A stretch of 64,000 bases of DNA from the human T2T-CHM13v2.0 reference genome, Homo sapiens. The stretch lies in NCBI RefSeq assembly GCF_009914755.1, contig NC_060931.1. One strand, given 5' to 3'. The position numbers were made by a program, and so were the translations under genes. This document shows, piece by piece, positions 13,678-29,460 of the stretch (position 1 is its first letter; each line of letters opens with the position of its first letter). The notes beneath the pieces were generated by a model. That model ran no database searches. It worked only from the letters and a program-made list of their open reading frames with translations, and was not told the DNA's origin.

Positions 13678-16114
13678 ATTCGGTGATTGTTCCCCTTCTT
13701 CCCAGCCACCCACCATCTGAACCTAATGCATCATTGTACAATGGCCGTAAAGGATGACAAGGGACTCAGCAATCAGTTCCTGGAGGAAATGATGCTGTGG
13801 CTTTTGGCTGGTGGCACCATCATCCTCAGTCATCAGTCAGAGTCATCAAAGTGATCATTCATCCATTCACTCCCTCCTCTGTCTCCACCCCACAGCTAAT
13901 CAACTAACCAGTTCTGAATTTTTTCTCAAATATTAAATCTTAACTTTTAAATCTTTCTCAAATCTATCTTTCTTCTTATCTCTGCCCTAGTTTAGATCCG
14001 TAATAATCTTCACCTTACCAATTGGTAGAACCTTCTAACTGACCTATCTCCTTCAGTTTTGTCTTCCTTAACTCTGTAACCACAGTTACTTCCATAAAAT
14101 TTAAATATGACCGTGACACTTGCATCTTAAACACCTTCAATAGCTTACTGGAAAAATTTTAAAGCCCTTGTTCTGGCATGCAAAGCCCCCAAATTTTTCC
14201 ATTTATTCTTACAGCCCCTCCACTCACTGCCTTGCATTCCATGTCTGAGCACATAGAACCTCCTACTATTCTTCCCAAACAGCCATGCACTCTGTCTTCC
14301 TAGATGCCTTCAGCCATGAATTTCTTCCTTACCTTCAGTTGGATACCTGTTTATTGAGACTTATTTCAAGTACCTTTTTTATCTAGAAAGCCTTACTTGT
14401 CTCATATCCCATCTGGGTTAGGTATCTCTCTTTGGTGTCCCTGGAATACCCTATGCATATTTCTGCTATTATATTCATTAGATTATATTATAATTGACAG
14501 TTTTTATATCTTTGGTTCTCACTAGAACATGAGTTCTTTGATGATGGCACTTTTATTCATCTTTGAATCTTTTGTACCAGGTAGATATTCTGTCTCACAC
14601 TAGACACATCATAAATATTTGATAAATTAGTAAACAAATGAACAAATAAAAGCTGCAATCAGCAGCGTTAAGTTTTCATGGGATCTGTGGATAATATAAA
14701 ATACAGAATTCCCAGCTGTGGCAGCAGATTTATTGCTATCATAATGGATCCACAGCTTCTTTCTTGTTCCTTGAATGTGACCAGTAACAATGCACCTAGG
14801 AGATCTGATGTAAGAGTATTCTGTGATAAGTGTATACAGAAAGGAGGAACCGATGACTCAAATAGGAATCAAGCCAGAAGCTTCTGCCATATGGGCAGCA
14901 TGGACTTCAACCAAAACAATGAAACAGTGCTGTGGTTTAGCAGAGGTCCTACCATGAATAGAAGGATACCAGGTTGCCACTGTGTCTCAGACTGCAACTC
15001 TGTGTCATTGACCCTTTTACCAAAGGTAGGAAACAGAGCTGTAGTCATGCCCCATATCTATAATAAGTATGTGGATAATAAGCATCGAGTACAGCCCTGA
15101 TGGTAGTGTCACTGTCAGAGACTTGTGTTGTTTTCCATTGCACTGCTATTTCTGTGCTATGAGAACTTAGCTCATCAGTTATTGAAGAAGGGGGAAAGTT
15201 AATGACCACAAGAGGGCTTATGATGACCCTAAGGCAACTTTCAGAGCTATTCTGCAAGAAGAGAGATTTTTATTTCCCAAACCAGGGGGTAATTTCCACC
15301 AGGGCTTTGTTTGTTTGTTTGTTTGTTTGTTTGTTTGTTTTGTTCTGCATTTGCCGTCTCATTGGTAATAACAAGACTGCAGCAACAAAGGAAAGAAATC
15401 TCACTCCATTTCTCTCATAATTCCATAAATAGTTTGCCTGCCTTTCATTGAGGGCAGTTAGTTAACATTGAGGGCAGCTAGTTAACAGCAAGAGCTACAG
15501 AAAAGTCCTGTAATTAATCAACCTGCATTGCCTTCAGTCTGAATCTGAGTATTAAAATTCAGTAGGTGCAATTAGACAGAATCAGGCAAATATAAAGGTC
15601 ATAACATTAGTCACAGTGTCACCTTATTTCTGAGCCTTTTCTTTCTTCTGAAGTGGTGTCTTGTCAGTGGGGTGATAGAGCAACAAGAACTCTCTGTTGT
15701 TATGGGAGTTTGTTAAATTTTATCTGCGATTTTTCCAATTTTAATTAAATACTTGATACCAGGCTGCAGCAACAGAAACACTGCTGTATTGGGTTTCAGC
15801 ACTATCACTCTATCATCTTATAATTTAAAGTGAAAGATAGGAGGACTTTGGGGTTCTGACGGTTTGATAGCTTTTTAAAAATTACCTTTCTTTCCCCATA
15901 CCAGATTAGAGATGGGGGTGGTGGGGAGAGAGCTTCAGCATCCTCTCGCCAGAACTTCCGGTTCTCTAGCTTTTTATACATCCTACTCACACTCGTCCTA
16001 CTGATTTCCACTTAGGACTGCAACTACCCGTCCTCTCTGCTTGTCCATCAGGAATATTGACTTTCCCAAACATTTCTTAAAAATTGAAAAGTTAAACCAA
16101 AAATACACACTTTT

Positions 16115-17336
<1,222 letters not shown>

Positions 17337-18655
17337 CTATGGTCTCCCACATCAGGAGAGCCCTCAGTGCTTTCCCTCAGCCTAAAAGTCCACGATTTTA
17401 TTCTTCACTATTTCCTCAAGCCTATTCTCACACCTGCTCCTCCCTTGCAGTGAATGATACTGATTCCAGTTTTTCTGAGAAAATAGGGAAAGGCGCTGAA
17501 AAGATTGTACTGTCTGCCTGCCCATTTACATATATTATCTGATTTAATTTGCACAGTCTGAGATGTGGAGATTATTCTTTCTTTTACAGATAAGGTAACT
17601 GAGGCTCATGTAAGTGGTGGTGCTGAGACTGAGCTCATGTTAGTTCAACTGCCAAACTTCTCCTCCCATGTGATGGGATGCAGCTGTAAAACAGAAATAC
17701 TAGGGCATGAACATCAGATTTCTCACTTCCCTATTCTAAATATAGCTAAATCCATATGAATACATATTCCATGACTCTCTTGTGCTTCTTTCCTCCGTTA
17801 GGCTAATAATAGTCTATTCATGCTTTGTTTTTTCTCTTTTGGGATATTTGATCATCAACTTTCCATAACTTCAAACTCTTTCTTTTAATAATTCTTTCCT
17901 CTCAATATATACACATACTTATGTTTCCCTCTGTCTTAAAAAAATCCATTTCTCATCCTTGCGTCTGTCTCTGTGTGCCACCTTATCATCCTTCTTTCGT
18001 TCACAGCAAACTGTTTTTAAAAAGTGCTTTAATTCTACTGGTTCCCTCTAATTCACTCTGTAGTCTGAATTGCAAGTCTATCATTTCACGGAAATTGATT
18101 TATTCTATGAATGTGGGGTTTGGAGTTGGGAAATAACCAAATCCAAACTCATTCTTCACTCATGACACTTAGACGGTCTCTGCTGTGTATGATACCCACT
18201 TTGGGATACTCATTGTTGAAACCATGTTTCTATGACTTTCATGATACCATTTTCTCCTGGGTTTGCAATTCCCTTTCAGGCCACTCATTCTTAAGTCCAT
18301 TTGGTGCCACTGCTCCCCTTTATGCTGCCTAAATGTTAGTGCTTTCCACCATCTTATCACTGATCCTCTTCTTGCTTGTCAACTTTGATTGAAGTATTTC
18401 ACCCATATCTGTGGTTATAAATGTATGCTATCTGTACACTGATGTTCCCCAGACCAGTGCCTCCCAGACCCATATTTTTTGTTGTTTAATGAACTTCCAT
18501 TGAAATTTCCAAGTCTGCAGGTTCAAAACGAAATTCAAAGTCTTTCTATTCATAATCTCTACCAACGTGACTGGTACCATGATACACTCAGGTATGTCCC
18601 CGTCGGGATTTTAGAAGTCATCCTTTGCCATTCTCCCTTCCTCACTCCCAAATAA

Positions 18656-18999
<344 letters not shown>

Positions 19000-19910
19000 C
19001 CTAGTTAATGACTTTCTTAAATATCATAATGCTAAAAGGAATTTGTGCTAGAATTTTCCTAAATAAATTGATAACTACCTTCTCTGACCTGTAACCCCCT
19101 GCCAATAGCATATATCAGCCAGACTTGAAAAGATTTTTTGCTGTCCTGATGTGATTGTCCCATTAGTACAGAAAACAAAGGAAAATGTAGTTTGACGAAA
19201 CAGGTTCTCATTCTGAAATTGTTTGCATTTGATCTGCCTTTATTTCAGTTTTAATAGCAGCTATAATCAACGTTGGGCAACTGCTTTGCTCTTTCTAGCT
19301 GCAGAAACCTCTGGCCAAAAACACAAAAAGGCACACTGATTTGTGCATGGAAACACATCCTCATTCTTATTTTCAACATGAGAAGTTGTCACAGACATCC
19401 CTCTTCCTTTGCTTTGAGTCAGTTTATGTGATGGCATTTATCATTAAGACATATAATCTGTTAGTGATTGTTATTCAGCAGCTTTTGGTTTTAGTTTCTT
19501 ATCTTTGAGGAAGCCCCTTTTTTCAAACAGCTAACTCTTGCATCTAAAAAGTGTCTTCTTAAGTATATCATCTTTCCATTTTGCTGGAATTCTAAATTTT
19601 ATGCTACTTATCATTGAAAAAATACTGAATTACTTCATTTTTGTATTTTATTAAACTAAAATTTGAATCCAAGTCACTCACCACTGATAGCTTTATACTG
19701 TTTAAATGACTTTTTAATTTTGGTGTTTGGGTATGTTTGTTAGCATGTAGAAAGCAAGCCCAAGGTAATTTATAAAGCTATGACTTACAGTGTATGGAGC
19801 ACTAAGTAGAGTTTATTCAAGGCAACTGGTGCTAGATGCTATGAAGATTACTGTAGTCTTCACTTCAATATTACACTTATTTTGCCTTTTCAGAATATTT
19901 TTATATGTGA

Positions 19911-20218
<308 letters not shown>

Positions 20219-22044
20219 GAGACACAAACATTTTCTTACCTCAAAACCTGGACTACACAAGAAATTCATTAAGAATGAAAGTAATATATATTTTTTCTTA
20301 ACAATATCTTGATCTTTAAAGAATCAGTTCTATGTATACTGTTATTAAAATCTGATTAAATAGCAATTTATAGGAATCTTTAAAAGAAATCAACATTGAG
20401 ATTTTTATTATATATCTATTAATTTTCAGTGGATCTCTGCTGAATAACTTACAAACAATTATAATTATTTTTCCATTAATCTGATATTTGAAGGTAAGAC
20501 TCAACAAGAACAATGCAAAAATGAGAGAAAATAAGAGGGAAACATTAATTTTTTTCTTTGACTTTTATTTCATCTGCATAATTTAATCATTTTTTCCTTC
20601 AAATATTCAAAAACCTGCATTGGTATTTTTTTCTGACACATTTCCCCTGTTAGACTTTAGTTTTTCTTAGTTCATATTCTTGTGTTAATGGCTGGTGGAG
20701 TAACGTTTCCTCACACACAATGTTTTTTAAGGTATGTTTCTATCTGGAACACTAATTGGTCAAATATGTATAGCACATGAACATTAAAGGGTGCTAACTA
20801 CGGTTATCTCACTGAAGCATTTTTTTTTTTTGTCGTTCAGCAAACGTTGATTTAATTCTTAAGTGCCAGGCTCTAAGAAAGGTACTGAAACATTTTCTTC
20901 CATTAAAGAAACATAAATAAGAGACAGACATATTGTAGTTTAAATAAGTACAGTGATGCTGTAAAAATCAAATTAAGACAAATAGGAGATGTCTATGAAA
21001 ATGGTCATTACGCAGCCTCTCCCTTCCTGCCTATCCTGCATTCCTGCCTGCTTAGTTTCTCTGATGAGACATCTATGAGCTCCTTCCTCTTCCAAAGCCT
21101 CCCTGCCTCTCACTGGTCTCCCCAGGCACATGGATCATAATCTGCCTTTCTGTCTCCCTCTGTAGAATACCCCTGCATTCACTCTGCTCATTGGACTAAG
21201 CTGGCCTGCTCACTGCTGTCAGCATTGCCTGAACTTTTCTGCCACCATGAGTTTGCTCAGGCTCATCATTCAGCAAGATATGTGCTTGGTTTCTCCTCTG
21301 CCTGTCATAATTCTGTCCATCCTTCAAGGCCTGCATTAGTGTGTCTTGTTATCCATGTTTACTTTCCTTCATTGCATCTACTCCTTTTTAGCATTTGTCT
21401 ATTTATTTAACAGACCCCCACCCTTCTGGAATGTAATAATAAACACACAGGCAAGCTAACAAACTTGAACTCATGCGTATCCCCTGCGGAGCCTAGAATT
21501 GCTTTCCATTCCGCTTGGAATAGAGGATGCATACGTATGCAAATATTGAAGACATTCATTTGATGCACAAAGTCTATTTCACAAGCATTTAATTTCTAAC
21601 ATATGCCAGACTCAGAGTTTGGCAATGGCATGTAGATGAAATAGGCAAGTTAACAGACAAAATACAGTATGTTAAGTGCTTCAGTGGAGGTAAGCATGGG
21701 AAATTTATAGGAGTGTTACTAATTCAGGTAAGTCAATGAGTGGATGAAAGCATGGATAAATATGTAAATGAATAACTTAGGTTAATTCTCTGGAGCTCCT
21801 ATTTAGTATTCTGCTGTCCTCTTTATGTGTTAATCAGCCTGATAATCTGCTGCAACTACAGGCAGTGTCCTAATTTCTTCCTTCACAATAGTTCCTAATA
21901 ACACTCAGGTGGCTACAATATAGTGAATTCTGTATACCTGCTTTCTCAGATGCATCATCCTGGCCTTTAACCACTATATGAACTGATGTCTCCAGTTGCC
22001 ACATTAAACATATTAATTTGGGAATTCAAAAAAGTAATGTTTAA

Positions 22045-22368
<324 letters not shown>

Positions 22369-22411
22369 TTAGAATAAGATTAGTCTAATGTTTCATTATT
22401 AAAGCAGATAA

Positions 22412-22745
<334 letters not shown>

Positions 22746-23007
22746 TCCTGTGCACAATATTAACACTTCACTAGTTTATTTCCTTTGTTTTTCTACTCGT
22801 GGTGATTTGAAACAGTCTTTCTTTTAGAGTGCTTTGCATGAAGAATCTCAAGTTCTTATTTTTTCAACTTCTGTTTATTTTTCTGTTTGTTGGTTTTTCC
22901 ACTAAAAAAAAAATCATTTTTTAAGTTTTATTTTGGCCTCTTTTATTTTGCTTTTTAATCATGAAAATTAAGAAAGCATGTTGAGCCCACAAGGTACTAA
23001 GTACTAT

Positions 23008-23716
23008 TGTTGACAGCTGAAGTGATACCTCAGTTCTTCTTGGTTTAAAATAGTTTAAACAAGAGCTACACAGCAAAGGAGGTGTAGCATAGAGTAATTT
23101 ATTACAATGGATAAAGATATTTTGAAAGTTAGGTGCAGAATAAACAGTATACCCTGAGAGAGAAAGAAGTCAGGACAGGCTGCTTGTAAGGGTGAGACAG
23201 CAAAAACTGGCACTAGGGAGACACCCTTTTAGGGAGTTTTAGGTGGGGACACAGCCAAACCATATCAGACACCTACTATGTGTCATTCGTTTTTTCTTCA
23301 GTGCTTGGATGTTGAAATAATGAATAAGCATAAGACTCCCTTTTTGGGAGTTTTAAAAGATGATTCATAAGGAGGTGGGAAGAGGTGTTACTAGTAAGCA
23401 TGTTCTGGGTGGTCTTCTGGTGCACATGTGCAGTAACTGTACATGCTTGTTCATATGTTGCATGTTTCATTAGCATCTTAAAACTCCACCCAGGGGTGTG
23501 GTTTTTACTATTATAATGAGCATAGGGTCAGTTTGGGGACAGGTAAAATCAAAATATGCATGCTCTCTAGAAGGGAAAGGCCCTATTGAAGATAGCTTTG
23601 CTTGAATGAGCTCAATTACAATGCAAATACTGAGGTTTATTGTGCTGACTGTATGATCACCATGGTTGCCCCATCCCAAGAACATGGTCACTTCCTTGAC
23701 TGCCTATCCTGCCTCA
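23008..23716 (-). mobile_element. ERV1/MER4-group solo LTR (MER66-like) carrying an internal templated insertion
   Basis: TG...CA termini with a 4-bp TSD ctat (23004-23007, 23717-23720). The minus strand begins tgaggcaggataggcagtcaaggaagtgacc. Family name from memory. Confidence 0.7.
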
Positions 23717-24039
23717 CTATGATCTAGTAGGTGATTTAAATTTGGTCCACACTCAGTGTAATCATTCCATGCACTTTAAACATAATCTAGTTACCTGGTG
23801 TCATTGCGCTATATGTTGTCCTAACCTCGTGTAGTTCAGACTTCAGGTATCTCTGATACCTAGCCATAAAAGTTTAGTAGGGACTACTCAACTAAATTAT
23901 CATGTAACAATCAAATGAGACCTACAGCTGAGTAAAGAAATGCTTCTCTTATTGATCAAATTTTTTTGGTTATTTTTTCATTTTCATGCCATGTTATATT
24001 TGATCCTTACGAGCTCAAACTCATAAAACAAAAGGCCAC

Positions 24040-24960
24040 CACTTCTTGTTGGTTTGATTCAGTTATTCAACAAATGTTTATTGAACACTGTATAAGTTCA
24101 TTCTCATGCTGCTATAAGGACATACCTGAGACTGGGTAATTTATAAAGGAAAGAAGTTTAATTGACTCACAATTCCGCAGGGCTGGGGAGGCCTCGGGAA
24201 ACTTACAATCATGGTATAAAGGGAAGCAAATATGTCTTTCTTCACAAGACAGCAGGAGAGAGAAGAATCAGAGTCAAGCGAAGGGGGAAGCCCCTTATAA
24301 AACCAGAAGATCTCATGAGAACTAACTCACTGTCATGAGTACAGGATGGGGGAAACCGCCTCAATGATTCAATTGTCTCCACGTGGTCCCTCCCATGACA
24401 TGTGGGGATTATGGGGACTACAATTCAAGATGAGATTTGGGTGGGGACACAGCCAAACCATATCAAACACCGACTATGTGCTAGTCTTTTTTTTTTCTGA
24501 AGTACTGGGATGTAGAAACAATGAATGAGCATAATTAATATGTTAAAAGAAGAAAAATGAAGCAGGGAGAGGGCAAGGAGAGTTACCAAGGGAGGAAGTA
24601 TACTATTTAACAGGGTGGTTCAGCGAAAGTCTCTCCTGTAGATGCTTTTGAGGAGAGATTTGATTGAAGTTAGAAAGCAAGTCATTTGAGCCTTACAGAC
24701 ATCTGTGGAGAGTATTGCGGGAATAGGTGATAGCCAGTGTCAAGCTTTTGCATGCTCAAGGGACAGAATGGAAGCCAGTGTGGCTGGAGCAGAGTGATCA
24801 AAGCAGAATGGTAGAGAACCGGAGCAGAGAGGACATGAGCGGGGACATCATATAGGATCTGTTGGCCATAACAAGGAGCTCATGTTTTATTTTGAGTGAG
24901 ATGAAATAGCATTGTAGCCAAGGAGTAATGTGATCTGGCATATATTTTTAAAGTGTACTT
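24040..24960 (-). mobile_element. L2 relic (split by the MaLR LTR)
   Basis: attcaacaaatgtttattgaacac 3' end; gccagtgtggctggagcagagtga; ttttattttgagtgagatg. Boundaries approximate. Confidence 0.65.
24089..24465 (-). mobile_element. THE1D/MSTA-type MaLR solo LTR inserted in an L2
   Basis: tgtataagttcattctcatgctgctataagg...gccaaaccatatca; perfect 5-bp TSD aacac (24084-24088, 24466-24470). Confidence 0.88.
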
Positions 24961-24975
24961 TAGTTACTGAGTTGA

Positions 24976-25615
24976 ATTGGTTTTCTTTTGCTGCATAACA
25001 AATTACTACAAATTTACCACCTTATAATACTGCATATGTGTTATCACACAGTTTCTGTGGGTCAGGAGCTGAGGAGGAAGGGCTGCTTAGCTGGCTTTTC
25101 TGCTTAGGGTCTCACAAATCTGAAATTAAGGTGTCTCATTTGAAGCCTGGGGTCCTCTTCCAAATTCACTTAGGTTGTTGGCAGAATTCACTTCCTGGAA
25201 GTTGTAGGACTAAAGTCCCTGATTTTTGTTGTTGTGGTTTGTTTGTTTGTTTGTTTGTTTCACTGGTTGGGTGTTTTTTGTTTTTTGTTTTTGTGATTAT
25301 AAGCCTGGTTATGCTCTCAGCTCCCAGAGGCAGGTCTCAGTTCTTAGCCACACGCCAGCTCACAACCTGGTAGGTCACTTCTCCAAAACTAGCAAGGAAA
25401 TCTCCTACATTTTGAGTCTTTCTCCAATTTGCTGAAATGGAGCTTTCTATAACATAATGTAATCAATCACAGCAGTAATCCACCATCCTCTTTGCCAACA
25501 AATTTAACCTAATCAAGGAAGCGACTCTCTCTTCATATTCATAAGTCCTGTTCATGCCCAATTGGAGGGAATTGTACAGGATGATTACATCATAGGGTGG
25601 AAATTTTGGGAGCCA
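24976..25615 (-). mobile_element. MLT1 (MaLR) LTR relic
   Basis: ttgctgcataacaaattactacaaattta..cacagtttctgtgggtcaggag..ttgttggcagaattcacttcct. Boundaries approximate. Confidence 0.7.
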
Positions 25616-25718
25616 AGTCATAATTCCACTTACTACATAGGTGGTACTACTACAGAATTGTGAAAGGAGCAAGAGAAGATTCTGAAAACCAGATAGAAGG
25701 CACTAGTGGAGTCTAAGC

Positions 25719-25860
25719 CAGTGTTTCCCCAAGTTTAATGTGTATATCAATATCCTAGGCATTTTGTTAAAATGTAGATTCAGACTTCATAAGGCTATAA
25801 TAGTGGCCTGAATCTCCCAACAAACTCCTAGGTGATGGCGATATTGCTTGCAGAGTAGCA
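25719..25860. mobile_element. MER5-family relic
   Basis: cagtgtttccccaagtttaatgtgtata..ttgttaaaatgtagattc..aacaaactcctaggtgatg. Confidence 0.55.
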
Positions 25861-27104
25861 AGGTACAGGCAAATGATGACAGTGACTTGGGTTAGGGTGG
25901 TAATAGTAGAGATAAGAAGAGGTCTGATTAGGGAAATATTTTGAAGGCAGACCCTAAAGAGCTTGCTGAAGGAGAAACAAAGGCATCAGGATAACTTCTT
26001 ACTTCAGGGGATGTCAAAGACTGTGTGGAAGGAGCTTATTTCAGAGCAGAAAAGAGTTCAGTTTGTGATATGCTAAGTATAAGATGCCTTTTAGGTTCCC
26101 AGTAGAGAGAATCACAAAATGCGATGGAAAATAGCAGGTTTATACATTATATTCAGTGTTATTGAAGATTTAAAATTTTGTTTCTGTGCACCACAACTAT
26201 GTAACTCTTTCTAAGTGTGCTTAGAATTTATTATATTGTATTAAAAATGTGAGCAATGAAGAGGACCTAACTGATTTGTGCTGCAGATTCTCTTTCATTC
26301 TCTTGCACTGACATTAGTAAAATAAGCAGTGTTTTCTTGTCCCTATGCCAGAGTTCCTTACAGTGAAATAAACATCATTACTCAAATCATTAAAACTGTT
26401 CCTAGAATCCAAAATACACATCACTGTGCATATTTAAAACACAATGTATTCAAACACTCTTTGGGTACAGACCTAGACTTTAAGATGATTTTCAGTACCT
26501 ATTGATTCTGGTTGATGCCTCACTATGAGATGTATTACCAGATTTTCCATGACTGTATAGACGGCTTCATGGTGTGACTAATTATTATTTATTTTCAGGG
26601 CAAAATTATGCAATGTTATTTTCATCACATTGTGAGAGGTGGCCATTAGATAGAGCTTGCATAAAAGTTAGTTCTCACTGACTCACTTATCACAAAAGAA
26701 GACAGTGTAGACTAGGATTTTATCAAAGATAAATCTACTTATAATCCCCTAAACCTCAATCATGTAAAATCTTGGCCTTACCCGTTCTCATTTTCAGAAA
26801 GAAAAGCATTCAGAAGAATATAAAATGAAAACTACGCTGCCACTCCTTTCTTCCTTGTGATGGCCATGGAAATGCTAGCGTTTAACCAGAGACTTGGACT
26901 CTCAATATTTCAAATGTTTTAAAAGAACTTTAAGTAGAATATACCTGTGCTTAGCACTGCTTGGGTGCTAAGTTAACATGCAGTGAAATAAGATTACGGG
27001 AGGTGATTCATGGTTTCAGGTAGGGGTGAAATAAAGGCAACAAAGGGCAGTTTGGGTTTAGAGGACGCTTCATACTGTGGAACATGTGAAAATTTAGTTT
27101 ATTT

Positions 27105-27333
27105 TAAGCAAAAATCTTTATAGAAATCCCTGTTTTGCTTTTCTTATTGTTAAACAATAAAATGTGCTAGGCTTTACGACCAGAGAAAAATGGGAAGGAG
27201 ATATTTTAAGGACAGCCTGATGATTATGTTTTTGTAAATAAGATCCCAAACAGATGGAAATTAAACCAAATCTTTCAATGACAGAGGGTGACAGTAGGTC
27301 TGAAGGCAGCTACTTTTATGGAGAGTGTTGAGG
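27105..27333 (+). repeat. 229-bp local direct repeat, copy 1 (copy 2 at 31100-31328)
   Basis: Manual alignment: no indels, 11 mismatches (~95%). Confidence 0.95.
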
Positions 27334-27829
27334 AAGTCAGAACTTTACTCCTATATCTGGATTCCTTTCAATCTGGAATCCTGGGCTAGGACTAACTACC
27401 TTACAGGACAATTAAGCTTTTTGTTGATTTGAAAGAATTGTGATGACTGGACAAAGCCATTGCTGAACCCTGAACTTGTCACATTATGAGAGGTGGCCAT
27501 TAGATCAAGCTTGCATAAAAGTTAGTTCTCATTGACTCCCTGATCACAAAAAGAAGATGTTGTAGACTAAAGTTGTACCAAACCTTGGTTGTTGTTCTAT
27601 AGACTTGTTTTTTTATAGTGGCATGGTTGTTCTACAGACCTTTTGTAGTGTTTCGTATTGAAATCCAGAATCTAAATACAGGCATAATTATTTCATGCAT
27701 TAGTTCAAAGATGTCAAACATTTTTCTACTATTGCATCTATTTTTATGTAATGTATTAACTATAATGTAAAGTTTAATTTTTGCATGGTAATTTAAGAAA
27801 CTAAATTTCTTACTCCTTCTTTTCCCTAG

Positions 27830-28009
27830 GAGCACTGAATCAAAAAAATTGGGGAAAGAAATATCCAACATGTAATAGCCCAAAACAATCTCCTATCAAT
27901 ATTGATGAAGATCTTACACAAGTAAATGTGAATCTTAAGAAACTTAAATTTCAGGGTTGGGATAAAACATCATTGGAAAACACATTCATTCATAACACTG
28001 GGAAAACAG
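27830..28009 (+). CDS. PTPRZ1: PTPRZ1 coding exon 3 (180 nt, phase 1-1), start of CA-like domain
   Basis: tttccctag|GAGCACTG...AAAACAG|gtaaaa. Translates (G)[59 protein letters not shown], including the alpha-CA QSPINI motif. Matches the PTPRZ1 protein as I recall it. Confidence 0.97.
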
Positions 28010-28835
28010 GTAAAATATTTGCATTCTGTTTGCCTTTAATATATTTTTCAGACCTGGAGTATGTTTAGACTAGTTTCATCTCATTTTCCTTTGAATAGTG
28101 TACTATGAACTAGATAGAAGTTACATGTAGAAGAAACCAAATGGAGCAGAGAAAATGGGAAATTTAGACAATATTTTGACAATTTGTACAAAAAAAAAAA
28201 TGACCAATGTCATCATGTCATGTTTTCCTACAAGGTAACAATAATGATGCTGCCTCTAGAAGATGTGATAATGTGATTTACAGCTAATATAATTTAGTCA
28301 ATTACTTAGTCAATCAGGATTTCTTTTTCTTGAGCATTATAGTTTGATCTTTTCTGCCTAGCCTCATGTTATAGTCAGTATTTGGATATGAAAAAAGCAA
28401 TTGGCTATAATTGAAATTTAAGAAAATAAATTCCTAGCTCTTCTATATAGAAGGTTTAAAGTTGTATCCCATCCTTAGGAAACCCTCTCTAAGTGTCTTT
28501 TTATTGAGCCTATCTTTTTTTTTTTTTTAAAAAAAGCAAAATATAATACATTAAAATTTAAGTACAAATTCTAATAAGCTATACATAGATAAATAATTTC
28601 CAAAAAGTGACACCTTTTCTTTTTTGATATTCTAGTTTTTTTAAAAATTGTATTTTGGGAAATTATGTAAAGGCAAATATACACGTAAGACAAAGATTAG
28701 AAAAATATTCAAAATTATAATAGTAGCTCTATGGGGATAAGCTTTATCATTGGTGAATTTTTTTTATATTTTCTATATTTAGGTAATGTAATTATTTGAA
28801 CATAATAATTTAATTTCAAAACTCAAGAGAGTAGT

Positions 28836-29153
28836 AGTCAGGCACTGTGGCTCACGCCTGTGATCCCAGCACTTCGGGAGGCCGAAGTGGCTGGATCACT
28901 TGAGGTCAAGAGTACCAGACTAGCCTGGCCAATATGGCAAAAACCCATCTCTACTAAAAATACAAAAATTAGCTGGGTGTGGTGGCACACTCCTGTAATT
29001 CCAGATACTCAGGAGGCTGAGACACAAGAATCACTTGAACTCAAGAGTTGGAGGCTGCAGTGAGCCAAGATCATGCCACTGCACTCCAGCCTGGACAACA
29101 GAGTGAGATCCTATCCAAAAAATCAAATCAAAACAAACAAACAAACAAAAAAC
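28836..29153 (+). mobile_element. AluS/J
   Basis: Full dimer with (CAAA)n tail. Confidence 0.88.
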
Positions 29154-29159
29154 AACTCC

Positions 29160-29460
29160 TGCTGGGCGCAGTGGCTCACGCCTGTAATACCAGCATTTTG
29201 GGAGGCCAAGGTGGGTGGATCACCTGAGGTCAGGAGTTCAAGACCAGCTTGGTCAACATGGCAAAACCCCACCTCTACTAAAAATAAAAAAATTAGCCAG
29301 GCATGGTGGTGCATGCCTGTAATCCCAGCTACTCGGGAGGCTGAGGCAGGAGAATTGATTGAACCCAGGAGTCGGAGGTTGAGTGAGCTGAGATTGTGCC
29401 ATTGCACTCCAGCCTGGGCAACAAGAGCGAAACTCTGTCTCAAAAAAAAAAAAAAAAAAA
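29160..29460 (+). mobile_element. AluS (tandem with the preceding Alu)
   Basis: Full dimer with poly(A) tail. Confidence 0.9.
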
